A stretch of DNA of 64,000 nt, taken from NCBI GenBank assembly GCA_963727645.1, contig CAVSHA010000002.1, positions 75,507 to 139,506 on the forward strand. The letters run 5' to 3'. This document shows positions 61,680 through 64,000 of the stretch, piece after piece. Under the pieces are notes generated by a model. That model searched no databases, was not told where the DNA came from, and saw only the letters and a list, made by a program, of their open reading frames with translations. A program made the position numbers and the translations under genes. The DNA is from an uncultured Acidimicrobiaceae bacterium (GTDB lineage Bacteria > Actinomycetota > Acidimicrobiia > Acidimicrobiales > Bog-793). Position 1 is the stretch's first letter, and each line of letters starts with the position of its first letter.

Positions 61680-62110
61680 TTCGAGCTCGCCGAGCAGCTT
61701 GTCTGCCCGAGGCACGTAGACCTTGCCCGAGTACCCGCCCGGGACGAGCTCGCAAAGCACGGCACGAAGCCGACAGGCCACCTGTGCGCGGTGGCTGGCG
61801 AGATCTCGGTGACGCTTGGCCCACAGCTTCATCACGGCGGTGTTGTCTTCGGCGTGCACCTCGATCGGACTTGGTGAGCGCAGCGCCACGATCGCAACCG
61901 ATCGCGCATCGTTGGGGTCATTCTTGTTCGTTGTCGCGGTGGGAAGAGGCCGCACTCTGGCCGCGAGCTTCGCTTGGACGTCCAAGACATGCTCACCAGC
62001 GGCCACGAGCTGTTGGGCCAGTAGGTAGCCGAGACTTCCAGCTCCTTCGACGGCCCAGGTGCGCTCCTCGAACTGGGCAGCCCAACCGAGCAGGCGCTGA
62101 CCTGGTTGGC
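61680..62110 (-). mobile_element. IS110-family recombinase/transposase fragment
   Basis: WAVEGAGSLGYLLAQQL and KNDPNDA (part of the DEDD domain), then a coiled coil. The N-terminal GID motif and the C-terminal domain are missing. Bounds approximate. Confidence 0.8.
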
Positions 62111-62507
62111 ACCAGGCTGGGCGGCCCGCCAGCGAGGCCAGATCCGGTGGACCGCGAAGCGGTAGCCAAGCTATGCCCCTGTCTCGGCGACCACAGTCCC
62201 CGCCGCACACACTGTCACTTCGCGAGGTCGAAGTCACTAGCTCCGTGACGAAAGTGGCTTGGTGTGTGACATCAGGCCTAGAGTTCACGCCTGTGGCTCC
62301 AGGCCCAAGACGAGGAGCGACTGCTGGTCGCTGGCTCGTAGCTTATTGAACGGCGATGGGCGCGATCAGCCTCATCGTCGTGGTACTGAACTGGTCTATG
62401 GTTGCCGGGAACGACGGTGCTGGGAGGACTGAGGAGCGGCTGGCGAGGGTCGGCCCAAACAACGTTTCCTCCTCTAACTACGCGTTCACGCCAGGTGGAG
62501 TGTCACT

Positions 62508-62798
62508 TTGACCTTCCAAACCACCGTGCCGAGCGGCATACCGTCGCGCCCGGCCACCACTGAGGCCCCACTCCCACCCGTTTCGGTGCCGCTTGGCAAG
62601 GAGCCCGCTGGTTTCGTCGACCAGGGCGGCTACTCGATCGGCACAAGTGCTGGCCGTCCCAACTACCAGTGCAACGGCGAGGCGCGCAAGAACAACGGCA
62701 TCTGCACCGCAGGTGCTGTGGCTATCGCCCAACTCCGGCTCCCCGAGCGCTATGGCAGCCAGTTCTCGATTGTCGTTGGTAAAGGAGCCAAGAAATAG
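62508..62798 (+). CDS. Hypothetical protein, possibly the 3' part of a frameshifted gene starting near 62356
   Basis: Plausible coding composition; no family recognised. Confidence 0.3.
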   Translation: MTFQTTVPSGIPSRPATTEAPLPPVSVPLGKEPAGFVDQGGYSIGTSAGRPNYQCNGEARKNNGICTAGAVAIAQLRLPERYGSQFSIVVGKGAKK

Positions 62799-62904
62799 CA
62801 CCTTTGTACATCACCTTGAAGCGCCGGTCCGGGTGCGACCGCACGAGATCATCCACGCGCTCCAGGGCGTGGGCTTGTCATAACGCGCCGTCAGGAAAGG
62901 ACCA

Positions 62905-63960
62905 GTGATCATGTTGCGACATATCTCACACTCAGTTCTCCGTACTGTGCGTGCTCACGTTGCGCAGACGGTCGTCGTCTGCCTAGCACTGTTCGGCACT
63001 GCGGCACCAGCGCATGCGAGCATTGCGGTACCCGCGCAAGCGAGCAGCCTCGTGTTCGTGGCACCGGATGGCAACGTCTGGCTGGCAAAGCCGGACGGCA
63101 CTGGCCAGCTACGCATCACCTCTCACGGGACTGCGCTTAATCCTTACTTCTCGCCTACGGAAAGCACGCGCCAAACGATCGAGGTTGCGCGTGGCAAGGG
63201 CGCTGCGGGCGAACTGCTCCGTATCAGCCTCAGCGGCAAGCGCCTGAACGCACTCACACGACCTGGCGTGACGATCGTCGGCCCACAAATCTCGCCGGAC
63301 GGCAGCCATGTCGCCTTCTCGACGTTCGCCAATGGAGAGCCATGCTATGCGCTCACCGACGCGTCGCATACGCCGTTCTGCGTCGATGTTGTCAGCGCGA
63401 CCGTCGCGACCAAGCCGGCCTTGACCGGGTGGATGAACTTCGAGTATCCGGCATGGATCGGCAGCTCACGGCTCCTGTTGTTCGACGACAGCGGAACGCT
63501 TTATTACGCGGACACGTCCAAGGGTGGCTACGAGACGTGGTTCAACTGGCTGGACTACTTCAAAGCTGGAACCGATGGCTTCGGGGAGTGGATCTCCGGC
63601 GCCGCATCGGCGAACGGCGAGCGCCTCGCGCTCCTCACCCACGTCGACAACAAGGCGCGGTTTGTGATCCAGCTGTTTTCCGGTGCGACCAATGCGCGAA
63701 CCGGGGACCTGACGGCATATGTGCCGTCGCTGTCAAGGTGCCAGCTGACCGCCCCCGATGGCGGCAACGGCGCCGATCCCAAACATCGGGATCTGCCCGC
63801 GTTCAACAGCATCAGCTTCTCACCGGACGGAAGATCGATCGCGTTCGGATTCAAGGGCGCGGTCTACGTCACGCACCTGGGGAGCCTGACCGACTGCGCA
63901 CAGATATCGACGCGCAGGGTGATCAAGGCCGGGCTTGATCCGCATTTCGGAGCGGCCTAG
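62905..63960 (+). CDS. Secreted TolB/PD40-like beta-propeller protein
   Basis: AxA signal peptide; NVWLAKPDG, ISPDGSHVAF, FSPDGRSIAF; AAAGGA RBS. Confidence 0.75.
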   Translation: MIMLRHISHSVLRTVRAHVAQTVVVCLALFGTAAPAHASIAVPAQASSLVFVAPDGNVWLAKPDGTGQLRITSHGTALNPYFSPTESTRQTIEVARGKGAAGELLRISLSGKRLNALTRPGVTIVGPQISPDGSHVAFSTFANGEPCYALTDASHTPFCVDVVSATVATKPALTGWMNFEYPAWIGSSRLLLFDDSGTLYYADTSKGGYETWFNWLDYFKAGTDGFGEWISGAASANGERLALLTHVDNKARFVIQLFSGATNARTGDLTAYVPSLSRCQLTAPDGGNGADPKHRDLPAFNSISFSPDGRSIAFGFKGAVYVTHLGSLTDCAQISTRRVIKAGLDPHFGAA

Positions 63961-64000
63961 ATCACGAGGGAAGGCGAAGGCGTGACCGGCGGCCTGGTTG

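Noticed and set aside
269-63938. Numerous long overlapping or antisense ORFs in the track
   Set aside because: Expected in high-GC DNA; Arg/Pro/Gly-rich translations without motifs, overlapping well-supported genes.

Overview
High-GC actinobacterial DNA; gene content suggests an Acidimicrobiia-like soil or peat organism (inference). No rRNA, tRNA or CRISPR array was seen. Most of the window is metabolic, transport and envelope genes: a Tat-exported Mo-bisPGD oxidoreductase with its 4Fe-4S partner, cfa, menC/NAAAR, a BMP-type ABC transporter, three GT-C-like membrane proteins, an HtrA-like protease, an amine/glutamate cluster with gdhA, a fused xanthine-dehydrogenase-family enzyme, kynU, three GGDEF-EAL proteins, NRAMP and csbD. 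The most unusual part is a toxin-antitoxin hotspot at about 58.2-62.3 kb. An AbiE/MenAT-like pair (wHTH protein plus nucleotidyltransferase) is bracketed by identical 32-bp direct repeats. It sits between an intact vapBC and a near-identical copy whose vapC is deleted, followed by an IS110 remnant. Two candidate regulons are visible as motifs: DosR/DevR-like palindromes (Mo enzymes, gdhA) and MprA-like 11-bp-phased direct repeats (envelope genes). At least six single-base frameshifts in otherwise intact genes suggest sequencing or assembly indels. All family calls come from motif recognition by eye, not database searches.
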